From the human T2T-CHM13v2.0 reference genome, Homo sapiens, in assembly GCF_009914755.1 (NCBI RefSeq), contig NC_060939.1: a DNA stretch of 64,000 bases; one strand, written 5' to 3'. Below the pieces are notes generated by a model, which was not told the origin of the DNA, did not search any database, and saw nothing but the letters and a program-made list of their open reading frames with translations. The stretch's first letter is position 1. Every line of letters starts with the position of its first letter. Below, one piece after another: positions 28,588 to 49,163 of the stretch. A program made the position numbers and the translations under genes.

Positions 28588-31057
28588 ATTCTTTCTGTTT
28601 CTTAATGGAATAAAGTACCTATGAAATTACTCTGAAAACTACAAGTCCTGTATTACATACATATATTTATGTAATAAGCTGGTATGAGTATAATTTCTAG
28701 ATAAATGATTGGTTTAAAAAGATTAGCTGTTGACTGCACATTAATTCCAAAATATTTTTTGAATACCATGTACTAGACACTGTTTTGGGTGTTGGGAATA
28801 TAGTAATGAATAAAGCAGGTAAATCCCTGTTGTTATAGAACTCTGTATTCCAGTGGGAGAAACAGACAAAAAAGAAGATAGATAATAAAATATGTAGTAT
28901 ACCAAATGGTGATTGGGAGCTAAGAAATAAAAACAAAGCAGGCAAGGGATAGGGAGGGTAGAGGGGAGTAGAAATTTTACAGAGGTTGGAATTATATATC
29001 TATTTTCTTTCTCACCCACCCCTAATCAAGATTTGTAACATAATAACTTTGCCTTCTAATACCACATCTAAATGATGTTAGATCAGTTAGGCAAACGAAA
29101 TCAAAACTTCTAATAATTTGTTTCATATATCTGTAAACCATATTTACAAAAAGTTTTACTTTTCAATATTAAAATGCAAATCAACACCATCATGTTGTCT
29201 GATATCCTAATATTATAACCTTTTTAAATAATCTTAATACATTCACAAATATTTAAAAGTATAAAAGATTAAGAACGTGTATAATTACTGATATCAGCTA
29301 TTGAACATACTTTTGTTTCTATATTGCTTAAAAATGTCAGTTGCTTTTAAAGCTGAAAGATAAAATCAAAGCTATGCTATTTAAATTTATTTGAAATGAT
29401 TATTCCCTTGTAAATATTAATGTGAAAAATAAATTATTATTAAGAGGGCTGTGACCTGAAACCTTAGGTCAGTTTGATTATGATTTCCATACATAAAGAA
29501 AGGATGGACACAAGAATTCCAGAAGTTCCAGTCCTCTTTTCTAGAGCAGTCAGGAAGTTGTTTACTCTTTGAGGGCCCACTGCTGACGTCTGCTCACTGA
29601 GTAATGTCATCAGATTTCCTGGTGGTGGTTATTTTGGGGGGAGCAGTGGTAAGTAGTTGTCCGGCTGTTAGGAGACTCTGCTCCATAGAGGTCCTGAGAG
29701 CCGGATATACCCCGTAGACAGGATGTAAGGTTAAATGCAATCTAGTTAAGTAAATAAAGTAAGCGTTCAGTGGTAAAAAGGAATTGCTGAAACATGAATG
29801 TTTTAAAATGATATTGCTAAAATTTTTACGTGGCAAAATTCATAGTCTTAAATCTTTTAAAAGTGAACCCATAGCTGCCTTTATTTCTTAAAATAAATCC
29901 AAAGGTGAGTTACTTTTATAAGTTCACATCATAAATTTATGCTGTCCTTTGTCTGTACAAATCAAGTTATTTCACCAGCTTTTGGTGTAGACCACATATT
30001 CAGGATTGTTTACCTAGGAGGGATGAGCCTTTTGCCCTGAGCTATCCAGACTTTTATCTTTTCCCTCAGCTTGTGACCAACACTATGTAATTATGTATAT
30101 ACATACTTTTTACTCATGCTGGTCATTAATATTTAAACAATTCATTATTGTCTTTATATTTATTTTCCTTACCGGTTTCCTTAAGTTTGTACTGTTGATT
30201 TTCTCAAACTTAATGATTTGAAAGCTTAGTGTACTTATTTTGTGACAAAAAGGTTTTAGACTATAGATTTTGCCTCTCATTATAATTTAGCAGTAGTATC
30301 CTGTAAGTCTTACTACATAATATTCACTTTTATTTTCCAAGTTAACTGTAGGCATAGTTTGCATATCTCTCTTTGATTCATTACTTTTGTGAGTTAATAT
30401 TTTTAAGTTTTCTAAGGAGGCAGGATTTTTTGTTGTCGCTTAAACTTAAGTTTTTAATTCCTAGTTTGCTTCGTTGAAGGATAAAAACTGTACAGTTTTT
30501 ACTTTAGGAATATATTTTAAGGGTTTTTTTCTGGTAACCTAGTATATCATGTTTTTCTAATATTTATAAATATTTTCTTTCTTTCCATTCAGACTTTATT
30601 TTTTATCTATTTGATCCTTCTTAGTAAATTTCATGAGTATTCTGTCAGAGACTGAGACACCAATTCATATAAAGGACCCAGGTGGCTCTCTGAGCCTGCT
30701 TTATTGTGGCAGTAGCAGCATCCCTCCAGTTTATGCTTTTTCTGCTTTCTCTTATGAAACTGTGCCCCATACTGTAGGACATAAGCAAAATGATTTTCTT
30801 TCTCTTCTTCCTGTCATTTTCTTCCTTTCTTCTTCCTGAGCAGTTCCACTGCATTCTCCAAGCAATAGGTCAGTCTCATTCATTTGCTCATTGCTTTAAA
30901 CTTGTTCATTAAGTGCTGGTGCCACAAACAAAAAACTCATCGTTCAAACTGGTCTCTCAGAGCCTCTTGCTTTCCTTCTTCCTGTACCGTGAGAGTATGA
31001 TGATTATACAGACCATTTCAAGCACTTGAAAGTTGATTTTAAAAAATAACAAAACAA

Positions 31058-31450
<393 letters not shown>

Positions 31451-33685
31451 TTAACCAGTTTTAAGTGTACGGTTGAATGGTATTAAATACATTCATAATG
31501 TTGTGCAACTGTGATCACCATCTATCTCCAGAACTCTTTTCATTTTGTAAAACTAAAACAATATATCAATTAAACAAGAGCTTCCCCATTCTTCCCTTCC
31601 CCTTGTCCCTAGCAAACACATTCTGCTTTCTCTCTATATATTTTGACTACTCCAAGTACCTCATGTAAGTGGAATCATATAGAATTTGTCTTTTTGTGAC
31701 TGGCTTATTTCACTTAGCATAATGTTCTTACAGTTCATCTGTTCCATAGCATATATGTCAGAATTTCCTTTTTATGGCTGAATAATATTCCATTTTATGC
31801 ATATACCACATTTTAAAATACATTTATTCTTTATTTTTTAAAGGAAGAAATAGGATCTCACTGTGTTGAGCTCACTCCCAGGCCCGAGTGATTCTCCTGC
31901 CTTAGCCTCCCAAGTACCTGGGACTGCAGGCACACGCCACCACTCCTGGCTTTGTTTATTTGTTCATCTGTCATTAGACACTTGGGCTGTTTTCATGTTT
32001 TAGAAATTATGAATAATGCTGTTATGAACATGTGCATACAGATATCTGTCTGAATCACTGCTTTTTATTCTTTTGAATATATACCCAAAAGGGGATTGTT
32101 GGATCATATGTTAATTCTATTTTTTTAATTTTTTGAGGAATTGCCATTCTGTTTTCTGCAGCAGCTATACCATTTAATATTTCCATCAACAGGGCACAGA
32201 GGTTCCAGTTTTTCCATGTTCTCATCAGCACTTGTTATTTTCTGGTAGTAGTGTGAGGTGGTGTCTCATTGTGGTTTTGATTTTCATTTCCCTACTGGTT
32301 ATTGATATTGAGCATCTTTTCATGTGCTTATTGGCCCTTTCTTTTATTAATATATCTTCTTTGGAGAAGAATGTGTATGTTCAAGTCCTTTGCCCATTTT
32401 TGAATTGGGTTGTTGTTGGATTATAGGGGTTCTCTATATATTGTAGATATTACTCTCTTATCAGATATATGATTGGCAATTACTTTTTCCAGTTCTGTGG
32501 ATTGCATTTTTACTCTGTTGATGTTGTCTTTTTATGCACAAAATTTTAAAATTTTGATGAAGTTTAATTTGTCTCTTTTTTCTTTTGCTGCCTGTGCCAT
32601 TGATATCATACCCAAAAAAATCATTGCCAAGTCTAGTGTTGTGAAGATTTTGCCCTATATTCTCTTTTAGGAATTCTGTGTATTAGGTCTTACATTTAGG
32701 TCTTCAATCCATTTTGAATAAATTTTTTTATATGGTGTTAGATAAGGGTCCAACTTCATTCTTTGGATGTGGTTATCCAGTTTTCCCAGCACCATTTGTT
32801 GAAAACACTCTCCTTTCACCATTGAATGTTCTTGGCTCCCTTGTTAAAAATTATTTGACCCTATACACAAGGGTTTATTTCTGGGCCCTTTATTCTAGTT
32901 CGTTGGTCTGTATGTCTGTCTTTATGCTAGTACCACATTATTTTGATCACTGTAGCTTTGTAGTAAGTCACAAAATCAGGAAGTGTGAGTTCTTCAGTTA
33001 TGTTCTTTTCAGGATTGTTTTGGCTATTCGAGATCCCTTGAGATTCCATATGAATTTTAGAATGGGTTTTTCTGTTTCTTCAAAAAACATATTTGGGATT
33101 TTGGTAAGGATTGCATTGAATCTATAGATTGCTCTGAGTAGTATTGACATCTTAACAATATTAAGTATTGTAATTTGTGAATGTGGGATATGTTTCCATT
33201 TATTAAATCTTTTTAATTTTTCAGCAATATTTTGTAGTTTCACTTGTACAAATCTTTCACCTCCTTGGTTAAATCAATTCTTAAGTGCCTTATTCTTTTT
33301 GATGCTATTGTAATTGGAATTGTTTTTTGTAATTTCCTTTTCAGATTGGTCATTGTTAGTGTATAGAAATGCAGCTTGTTTGGTGTGTTGCCTTTGTGTC
33401 CTGATACTTTGCTGACTTTATTAGTTCTAACAGGCTTTTGTGTATGTGTGTGTGGAATCTTTAGGGTTTTCTTACCTATAAGATCATACAAATGAATAAA
33501 GATAATTTTACTTCTTATTTTCTATTTCGACTGTCTTTTCTTTTTCTTACCTAATTGCTCCGGCTAGGACTTTCTATGTTGAATAGAAGAAGTAGGCATC
33601 CTTGCTTTGTTCCTGATCTTAGAGGAAAAGTCCTTTACCATTCATTATGATGTTTGCTGTGGGTTTTGTTCATACATGGCTTTTT

Positions 33686-34049
33686 AAAAAATTTGTTTAA
33701 AAAAATTTTTTTTCTTCAATTTTTAAGTCCCGGGGTACTTAGGGATGTGCAGGTTTGTTACATAGGTAAATGTGTGCCATGGTGTTTTGCTGCACAGATC
33801 AACCCATCACCCAGGTATTAAGCCCAGCACCTATTAGCTATTCTTCCTGATGCTGTCCCTCCCTCCGCCTGCCACAGGCCTCAGTGTGTGTTGTTCCCCC
33901 CACATGTCCATGTGTTCTCATCATTCAGCTCCTGCTTAGAGAACACACAGTGTTTGGTTTTCTGTGCCTGTTAGTTTGCTGAGGATAATGCTTCCAGCTC
34001 CATCCGTGTTTGTGCAAAGGACGTGATCTTTTTCCTTTTTATGGCTGCA
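33686..34049 (-). mobile_element. 5'-truncated older L1PA 3'UTR (L1PA8-PA11-like)
   Basis: caggtttgttacataggtaaatgtgtgccatgg...cagatcaacccatcac; flanked by catacatggcttttt. Confidence 0.85.
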
Positions 34050-34067
34050 CATACATGGCTTTTTAAA

Positions 34068-39898
<5,831 letters not shown>

Positions 39899-40239
39899 TG
39901 TGCTCGTACATGGCTTTTTAAATGTTGAGGTAGTTCCCTTCTATTTCTATTTTGTTGAGTGTTTTTATCATGAAAGGATATTGAATTTTGTTAAATGCCT
40001 TTTCTGCATTATTTGAGGTATAATGAATGAGGCTTTTGTCCTTTATTCTGTACAATAATGTATTACACTGATCAATTTTCATATGTCAATACATCCTTGC
40101 ATTTCAGGAATACATCCCACTTAGTCATGGTGTATAATCCTTTTATTATGCTGCTGAATTCAGTTTTCTAGTATTTTGTTGAGGATTTTTGCATCAGTGT
40201 TTATAAGGGATATTGGCCTGTAATTTTCTTTTAGTGTCT

Positions 40240-40613
40240 TTTGTTGTTGTCGTTGTTTTGTTTTTGAGATAGAGTCTCACTTTGTTACCTAGGCTGGAAT
40301 GCAGTGGCATGATTGTTTTGTTTTAAGGGATAGGGTCTTGCTGTGTTGCCCAAGTTGGAATGTAGTGGCACAGTCTTGTCTCACTGCAGCCTCGACTTCC
40401 TGGGCTCAAATGATCCTCTTCCCTTAGCCTCCTGAGTAGCTACGATTATAGGTGCATACCACCATGACCAGCTTTTTCTTCTTCTTCTCTTTTTTATAGA
40501 GTTAGGGTCTCGTTATTTTGCGTAGGCTTGTCTTGACTCCTGGCCTCAAACAGTCCTCCCACCTTAGCCTCTCAAAAGCGCTGGGATTACAGGTGTGAGC
40601 TACCACATCTGGC
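40240..40613 (-). mobile_element. AluJ with duplicated 3'-terminal ~55 bp
   Basis: Two successive 'T-rich tail + gatag(a/g)gtct...ggaatg(c/t)agtggca' segments. Confidence 0.85.
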
Positions 40614-42036
40614 CCTAACTTTGGTATCAAGGTAATACTGGCGTCATAGAATGAGTTAGGAAGTGTTTCTTTCTCTTCAATTTTTTGTAAAAGTTTGAGA
40701 AGGATTGTATTAGTTCTTTAAATGCTTGGTAGAATTCACCTGTGAAGCTATTGGGTCCAGGGGTTTTCTTTGTTGGGGGATTTTTGATTACTGATTCAGT
40801 CTCCTTACTAGTAATAGATCTATTCAGGTTTTCTGTTTCTTTATGATTTGGTCTTCGTACTTTTTGCACTTCTAGGAATTTGTCCATTTTATCCAGATTA
40901 TCCAATTTGTTGGTGTATAAGTGTTAATAGTACTCTCTTAGAATCCTTTTTATTGCTGTAGAATTGGTAGCAATGTCCCTACTTTCATTTCTAATTTTGG
41001 TAATTTGAGTCATTTTTATTTTTTTCTCCATCTTGCTAAAGGTTTGTCAATTTTGTTGATCATTTCAAAGAACCAGCTTTTGGTTTCCTTGATTTTTCTG
41101 TATTATCTATTCTCTATTGTATTAATCTTTGCTCTAATCGTTATTTCCATCTGCTAGCTTTGGGTTTAGTTTTCTCTTTTTCTAGTTCCCTAAATTATAA
41201 AGTTATGTTGTTGATTTGAGATCTTATTTTCTAGTGTATTTATAGCTATTAATGTTCCCCTTAGCCTGTTTTTGCTGCTACATCCCATAAGTTTTAGTAT
41301 GTTGCGTTTTTGTTTTCATTCATCTCCAAGTATTTTCTAATTTATCTTGTGTATTCTTCTTTGATCTGTTAGTTAAGATTGTGTTGTTTAATTTCCACAA
41401 TTTTGTGAATTTTCCAGTTTTACTTTTGTTATTGATTTCTCACTTTATCCTTAAGATACTTTGTGTTACATCTATCTTTTAAAATCTATTGAGTTTTGAT
41501 TTGTGGCCTAATATGTAGTCTGTCCTTGAGAATGTCCCATGTGCACTTGAGGAAAATATATATGTTGTTATTGGGTAGCACATTCTGTATATGTCTATTA
41601 GATCTTGTTGGTTTATTGTGTTGCTTAAGTCTAGCCATTATTGAGAGGGGGGTGTTGAAGTCTTCAACTATAATTTTAGAACTGTCTCTTCCTTCAATTC
41701 TGTCAGTTTTTACTTTATATATTTTAATGGTCTGTCATTGGGTAGATAATTGCTTATAATTGTTACATCTTGTTACTCTGTTGAATGTTTAACATATAGT
41801 GTCCTCCTTTGTCTCTTATAGCCTTTTTTGGTTTAAAGTCTATTTTGTCTGCTGTTAGTATAACTTCCCCTGCTCTTTTTTGATTACTATTAGAGTATCT
41901 TTTTCCATCCTTTCACTTTCTATTTTTGTCTTTGGATCTAAAGTGAATGTCTTATAGACCACATATAGATGGGTTCATTCTGCCAATCTCTGTCTTTTGA
42001 TTGGAGAGTTTAATCCATTTATATTTAAAGTAATTA

Positions 42037-42250
<214 letters not shown>

Positions 42251-42593
42251 AATTACTGATAAAGGTGGACTTAACTTCTGTCATTTTGCTATTTGTTTTT
42301 CTGTATGTCACATAGCTTTTTTGTCTTCCATTTCTTTAATTACTGTCTTCTTTTGTGTTCAGTTGATTTTTTGTAATGCAATATTTAAATTCCTTTCTCA
42401 TTTCCCTTTGTGTATATTCTGTAGCTACTTTCTTTATGGTTAGCATGGGGATTATAGTTAACATCCTAATGTTATATAAATATTTAATTTGAATTATGCC
42501 AGCTTAACTTCAATAACATACAAAAATTCTACTCCTATACTGCTTTATTCCCACCCTTTTCAGTTATTGATGTCACAAAATTAAAGCTTTATG

Positions 42594-42870
42594 TAGTTGG
42601 TCCTCCATATTGGTGGGTTCCACGTCCATGGATTCAGCCAACTGAAGATTGAAAATATTTAGGAAAATAAAAATAAAACATGTAAAATAATACAGCATTA
42701 AGAACTGTTTACATAGCATTACATTGTATTAGGTATTATAAGTAAGTAGAGACAATTTAAAGCGTAGAGGAGAATGGGAATATGTTATATAAGGTACTTG
42801 AGCATCCATAGATTTTCATATATGTGGGTGTTCCTGGAACCAATTCCCTGCAGATAACAAGGGACAACTG
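42594..42870. mobile_element. MER2-like TcMar-Tigger DNA transposon
   Basis: Decayed terminal inverted repeats (tagttggtcctccatat... / ...gataacaagggacaactg) followed by TA. Confidence 0.8.
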
Positions 42871-43350
42871 TACATTGTGTGCCCAAAAGCGTACACTAAT
42901 ACTTTCAAATGTCTCTTATTTAGGAAATAAAATGCAAAATGTAGTTACCCACAAAAGTTACAATAATACTTCCTTTTAGACCAATGATTTTTTTTTTCCA
43001 CCAAACTGTATTCATCTCTTAAATCATGTAGGAAACAAACAAAAGGAGTTATAAGCCATTTATACAATAGCAATAGCTTTTATAATTATCCATGGTTTCA
43101 CTTTTATTGAGATCTTTATTTCTTCAGACAGCTTTGAGTTACTGTCTAGTGTCCTTTTATTTTACCCTGCAGGACTCCCTTGAACATTTCTTGCAGGGCA
43201 TATCTAGTGGTAATGAACTCCCTTAGTTTTTTTGGTTTGTTTTATTTTGTTTTTGTTTTTGTTTTTGTTTTTCATTCTGGAGATGTCTTAATTCCTCCCT
43301 CACTTTTGAATGAAGTTTTGCCGAATATAGGATCTTTGATTGACGATTAG

Positions 43351-43765
<415 letters not shown>

Positions 43766-45789
43766 TTCTTGCTGCTTTCAAGATTCTCTTTTTGTCTTTG
43801 AGCAGTTTCATTATAATGTGTCTTGATATGGGTCTCTTTGAGTTCATCTTACTTATTGTTTGTTGAGCTTCTTTATGTCCTACATCAAGTTTGGGATATT
43901 TTCTTCATACATTTTTTCTTTCCCTTTCTCTTCAGCATCTGGGACTCCCGTGATGCATATATTAGCTTGTTTCATGGTGTCCTTCAGGCACTGTAAGCTC
44001 TGTTCACTATTTTTTTAAAGGTTTTTTCTCTTTCCCAGACTCGATAATTTCAATTGTCCCCTCTCTAAGTGTGCTCATTCTTTCTTTTGCCTGCCCAAAT
44101 TTGCCTTTGAATCTCTTTAGTGAATTTTTCATTCCAGTTATTGTACTTTTCAGCTCCAGAAATTATTTTTGGTTTCTTTTTAGTTTTTTTCATCTCTTTA
44201 CTTAGATTTTCATGTTGTTCGTACATCATTTTCTTGACTTTCTCCACATCTTTCTTTAGTTCTTTTAGCATCTTGAAGTTGTTGTAAAGTCTTTGTCTAG
44301 TAGATCTGCCATTAGGTATCTTTCAGGGATGGTTGCTGTTGATTTAGTTTTTTTCATTTGAATTGGCTGTACTTTCCTGTTTGTGTGCTTTGTGAATTTG
44401 TGTTGAAAACTGGACATTTGAATTTAATAATGTGGTAACTCTGGAAATCATTCTCCGTCTTCCCCAGGATTTGCTGTTATTGTTTTGTTTTGTTTTGTTT
44501 TTAATTGTGGTAGGCCATCTCTGTGCCAAGGATCAGTCTAATGTGTAAACTCAAGGTCTTCTCAGGCATTTTCTAAGCCTTTCCCTAGGCTTGCATAATC
44601 ACTTTCTAGTTTTCCCTGTATATGCCATTGCTTTTCAATGCCTTAGTCCCTAATGTCTGACTCTCAAAGGGGATAAAAGAGAAAAATGAAAGGAGAGGAA
44701 GGGCACTAGCCCTTTAAATCTCCTAGAAGTCTCTTCAACTGGAGGGGGAATGGCTTGCAACAATGGGAGAAAGTGCAACAATGCACCCCTTCTTTGTCTG
44801 CACCTCTGTATCAGTGATCAGAGCACAGATCCCTGATATTTGGAGGACATGGTTGTTTTTGCCTTCCCTGGGTCCTGCAAGTTGTGTTCAGGTTGCTTTA
44901 GGAACACATGCACAGCTGCCCACCATGGGCCTGGGTACCTGCTATGTGCTAAGAGCTAAAATTAACTGCGGTTTACCATCCAAGCCTTCCCCTGGAAGTT
45001 GCACGTCTTCAATTGTTCCTAAAATAGTTGCATCAGACATATTCTGCCAGTGCAATATTGTCTAGGTGGGGAAACAGATTCCTGGTGCTTCTTACTCTAC
45101 TGTCTTCTCTAAATCCATCTTTTAAGACTCTCCTGTGGACCTCTTGGACCATCTTCCCTCATAAAAATTCTGGCTTTGGCATCCAGTTACACCAGTATGA
45201 GACTGGCCCGTAGTTACACAACTCAAGAGAATAGGTAATAACCATGCACTGTCTGTTCTGACTCTTTCACCCTACTGAAGAATCTTCCTCCTCAGTCTTT
45301 GGTCTAGAATATTAGGGACCCTCATTCTTTTTATGCCTTCTGAGAGATAAAATTATTGCAGAGCAATGCAGAAACTGAGCCAGTGGCCCATAATTACTAG
45401 ACATCAGCTTCTCATGGTTAAAAATATATGTGGATTTTTCTGCCATCACTAAGCAAACTTCGTAATGTGTTTACCAGAATAGGTCACTGTTTGAGGGGAG
45501 AGATTGGAGGAGGGCAGTCAGTTGGGAAACATTTTGTAGGAAGTCTTATGGATCTAGTTCTTCTGTTGCTGTGACGAATCATACCATCACACAGAGGCCC
45601 AGATTGGGATCTCATCAACACCTACAGAGTCACTGGGCAAATTACAAAATGTGTCTCTTCCCCTGGGTAGCAGCCCAGTGCCAGAATTCATCACCTGGAG
45701 CTGGTTTTCAGTCCCACCTTCTCCCTTCCTTGGGCCCCTTTGTGTTGTATACAGGCTATTCAAATCTTCTAGTGGTCCTGAGTTTACAG

Positions 45790-45990
45790 CACAGTGTATG
45801 GAGCTAAACAAACCTGGGTGGAATCCCAGCACTACCACTTGCTGTGTGGTCTTAATGCAGGGTACTTAGAACTTCAGTTTTCTAGCTATAAACTCTCACC
45901 ACATTACTATCAGATTCAGTGAAATAACATGTGCAGCCCTTAGCACAGTAACCAGAACACACTAAGTCTTCCATTGGTGCTGTGATTGTT
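45790..45990 (+). mobile_element. MIR
   Basis: acctgggtggaatcccagcactaccacttgctgtgtggtctt...cttcagttttc. Confidence 0.7.
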
Positions 45991-46597
45991 ATTACTCACT
46001 GGGGTTTGGTTATGATATTACATTTATCTTTGATTTAGCATTACATTCTCAAATGGATAAGTACTTACAGTAAGTGCTATTATGCTCCTCTGTAAAATAG
46101 AAAGTGTCAACCATTTTTCAATGACATTCCATGGTTCTGACTGCTGGATTGCATTATTCATGTGCCATTTGGGTGTAAGATTTCATTGTCCATCAGGAAA
46201 AAAATGGAAATAGGCACAGAGGGAATCAGCGTTTATTTAGTATCTATTATTGGGGGGCTCTCTATATTGTCATCTCATTTGGCCTTTAACAAATGAGAAG
46301 TTGAGGCTGAGGAAGATTAATTCACTTAAAGTCACATGTAGCTAGTAAAAGGCAAAGCCAGAATCACATTCATTTTATTTGTTCATTTTATTTCTCCTTT
46401 CCTGCTCCCCACTTTTCCTGGGGGCTATAAGGAGATCCTTAGGATTCCTCATAATCATTTCATTTATCTACTATTTACTTTATTTGCCTCTAGAATAGAA
46501 ATTTTGCTTTCATTTTTGGCACTGTTTAGAGAGAGAAAAAGTTAAGCTTCTCTTTCTCCGTTGTCTTTTCATTTTTAAGCCAATCTCTTTCTTACAG

Positions 46598-46654
46598 GTA
46601 GCAGTAGCTGATGTGCAGTTTGGCCCCATGAGATTTCATCAAGATCAACTTCAG
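46598..46654 (+). CDS. PDE8A: PDE8A coding exon (probably exon 2), 57 nt, phase 0-0, VAVADVQFGPMRFHQDQLQ
   Basis: Polypyrimidine tract + ttacag acceptor, CAG|gtaata donor. The translation matches the PDE8A N-terminus as I recall it and joins in frame to the next exon. Confidence 0.96.
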
Positions 46655-46899
46655 GTAATAATGAACGATGCTGTATTTTTCACATGCTGATTTTCTTTAA
46701 AAAGGGTGGAGGTGGAGCTAAATTTACACATTTAAAATAGTCTTTCATTTAGATAATAGTGTTTGGACCAATGTTAAATTCCCTGAACTCTGTAACAGTA
46801 TTATAGTTATATAAGAGAATATCCTGTTCTTAGAAATACACATTGTGGTGTTTAGAGATGAAGAAGTGTTTGTAGCCTACTTTCATTGGTTCAGCAATA

Positions 46900-47225
<326 letters not shown>

Positions 47226-47502
47226 TCAGCAATAAATAAAAAATGTGTATAATTGTATGTATGTACATGTATGTGTTTAGAGAGAGAGAGAAAGCAAAGC
47301 AAAGGTGGCAAAATGTTAATTGATGAATGTAGAGAAAGGGCATGTTTAGTGTTCATTTTCATTCACGTTTCTGTAGATTTGAAATTTTCCAATATAAAAA
47401 GTAAAAAGATTGTCTTTTCAATGTTGCTGAATCAGCTCTGTCAGAGAGAAGATATCTGTAATTTATCTAATTCAAAATATGAGACAGAAAACAACCAATT
47501 GA

Positions 47503-47724
47503 TGAACAATGAGATCACATGGACACAGGAAGGGGAATATCACACTCTGGGGACTGTGGTGGGGAGGGGGGAGGGGGGAGGGATAGCATTGGGAGATATA
47601 CCTAATGCTAGATGATGAGTTAGTGGGTGCAGCGCACCAGCATGGCACATGTATACATATGTAACTAACCTGCACAATGTGCACATGTACCCTAAAACTT
47701 AAAGTATAATTAAAAAAAAAAAAA
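47503..47724 (+). mobile_element. 5'-truncated young L1 (L1PA2-like) 3'UTR
   Basis: Perfect 17-bp TSD agaaaacaaccaattga (47486-47502, 47725-47741); gagatcacatgg/aatatcacactctgg; GAG rather than ACA at the Ta-diagnostic position. Confidence 0.92.
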
Positions 47725-48505
47725 AGAAAACAACCAATTGAAATTCAGCGAAGTTATCCATGCTCCCCGCACATGAACATGTTTCATTCACTATTACATT
47801 TAAAAATATATGAGAAGTGCTGACAGAAATGTGTGCTCTTAGTTCTTTGCATGTATGGTCTTTGTGTAGTTGAGTAAACTCGGAAGAAATAAGCCTTAGG
47901 AGGGTTTCTGATAGCTTTGCAGTCTGTTTCACAGGCTGCCCATCTCCTCCTTACCACTGTTGCCCCATTTTCAGTCTGCTTCTGAAGGGATGGAGCACGG
48001 GTGCTCCTGAACCAGATTGGGAGTGGGAATAGCAGGGAGAGAGAGGGAAGGAGGCTGGCTGGATAAGGAAGACGCTATGGATACAGGCCTCGCTTGCTCC
48101 AGGCCAGGACTGACGTGATTGGGGCAGCCAGCCACTGTCCTGGGCAGAGGCACAGATGCTACCTCTTGCACCTGGTGACTGTGTCACTTAACTGATAGGC
48201 TTTGAAGTGTCACATTTTGGTCTACTTTAAATCTTTCTTCTTTTAATCAAAGCAATTTTTTTTTAACTTGGAGGAATTACATAAAATCTTGAGTCAAACA
48301 TTTCAATACATTATTTATAGGATTAAGTATTCTAATAATTTCACCAAGATATTAGCATTCACCATCTGAGAACTTACCCAGTTAACTTTCTTTTAGCTAA
48401 AATAAATATTAATGTGTTTTAATTCTTTTAGTTTCAAGATAAAATGCTTAACTAAATCTTTGTTGAGTTCTGCCAGTGGGTTTCTTAGCAAAAAAGTAGG
48501 CATAT

Positions 48506-48800
48506 GGCCAGGTGCAGTGGCTCACACCTGCAATCCCAGCACTTTGGGAGGCCACAGCAGGTGGATCACTTGAGTCCAGGAGTTCTAGACTAGCCTGGGC
48601 AACATGGAGGGACCCCATCTCTACTGAAAATACAAAAATTAGCCGGGCATGTGGTGGCGCACACCTGTAATCTCCCAGCCACTGGGGGCTCTGAGGTACA
48701 AGAACACTGGAACCCTGGAGGTGGAGGTTGCAGTGAGCTGACATCACACCACTGTACACCAGCCCGTGCAACAGAGGAAGACCTTGTTGCCCACCCACCA
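48506..48800 (+). mobile_element. AluJ whose tail has become (AC)n
   Basis: Diverged dimer. Confidence 0.88.
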
Positions 48801-48807
48801 TCCCCCC

Positions 48808-48810
<3 letters not shown>

Positions 48811-48854
<44 letters not shown>
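48811..48854. repeat. (AC)22 microsatellite
   Basis: Read directly from the sequence. Confidence 0.95.
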
Positions 48855-48859
<5 letters not shown>

Positions 48860-48869
48860 TGACGATTCT

Positions 48870-49163
48870 GACCAGGCGCGGTGGCTCACGCCTGTAATCC
48901 CAACACTTTGGGAGGCTGAGGTGGGAGGATTACTTGAAGCCAGGAGTTCGAAATCAGCCTGGCCAACATGGCAAAACCCCGTCTCTACTAAAAATACAAA
49001 AATTAGCTGGGCATGGTGGCATGTGCCTGTGGCCCAACTACTCGGCAGGGCTGAGGTGGGAGAATCACTTGAACCTGGGAGGCAGAGGTTGCAGTGAGCC
49101 AAGATCGTGCCATTACACTCCAGCCTGAGCAACAGAGCAAGACTCTGTCTCAAGAAAAAAAAA
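48870..49163 (+). mobile_element. AluS ending ~60 bp upstream of exon 3
   Basis: TSD agaaatgac(g/a)attct at 48855-48869 and 49169-49183. Confidence 0.93.

Noticed and set aside
48448-49153. Overlapping 134-187 aa ORFs
   Set aside because: They are translations of two Alus plus the (AC)n repeat.
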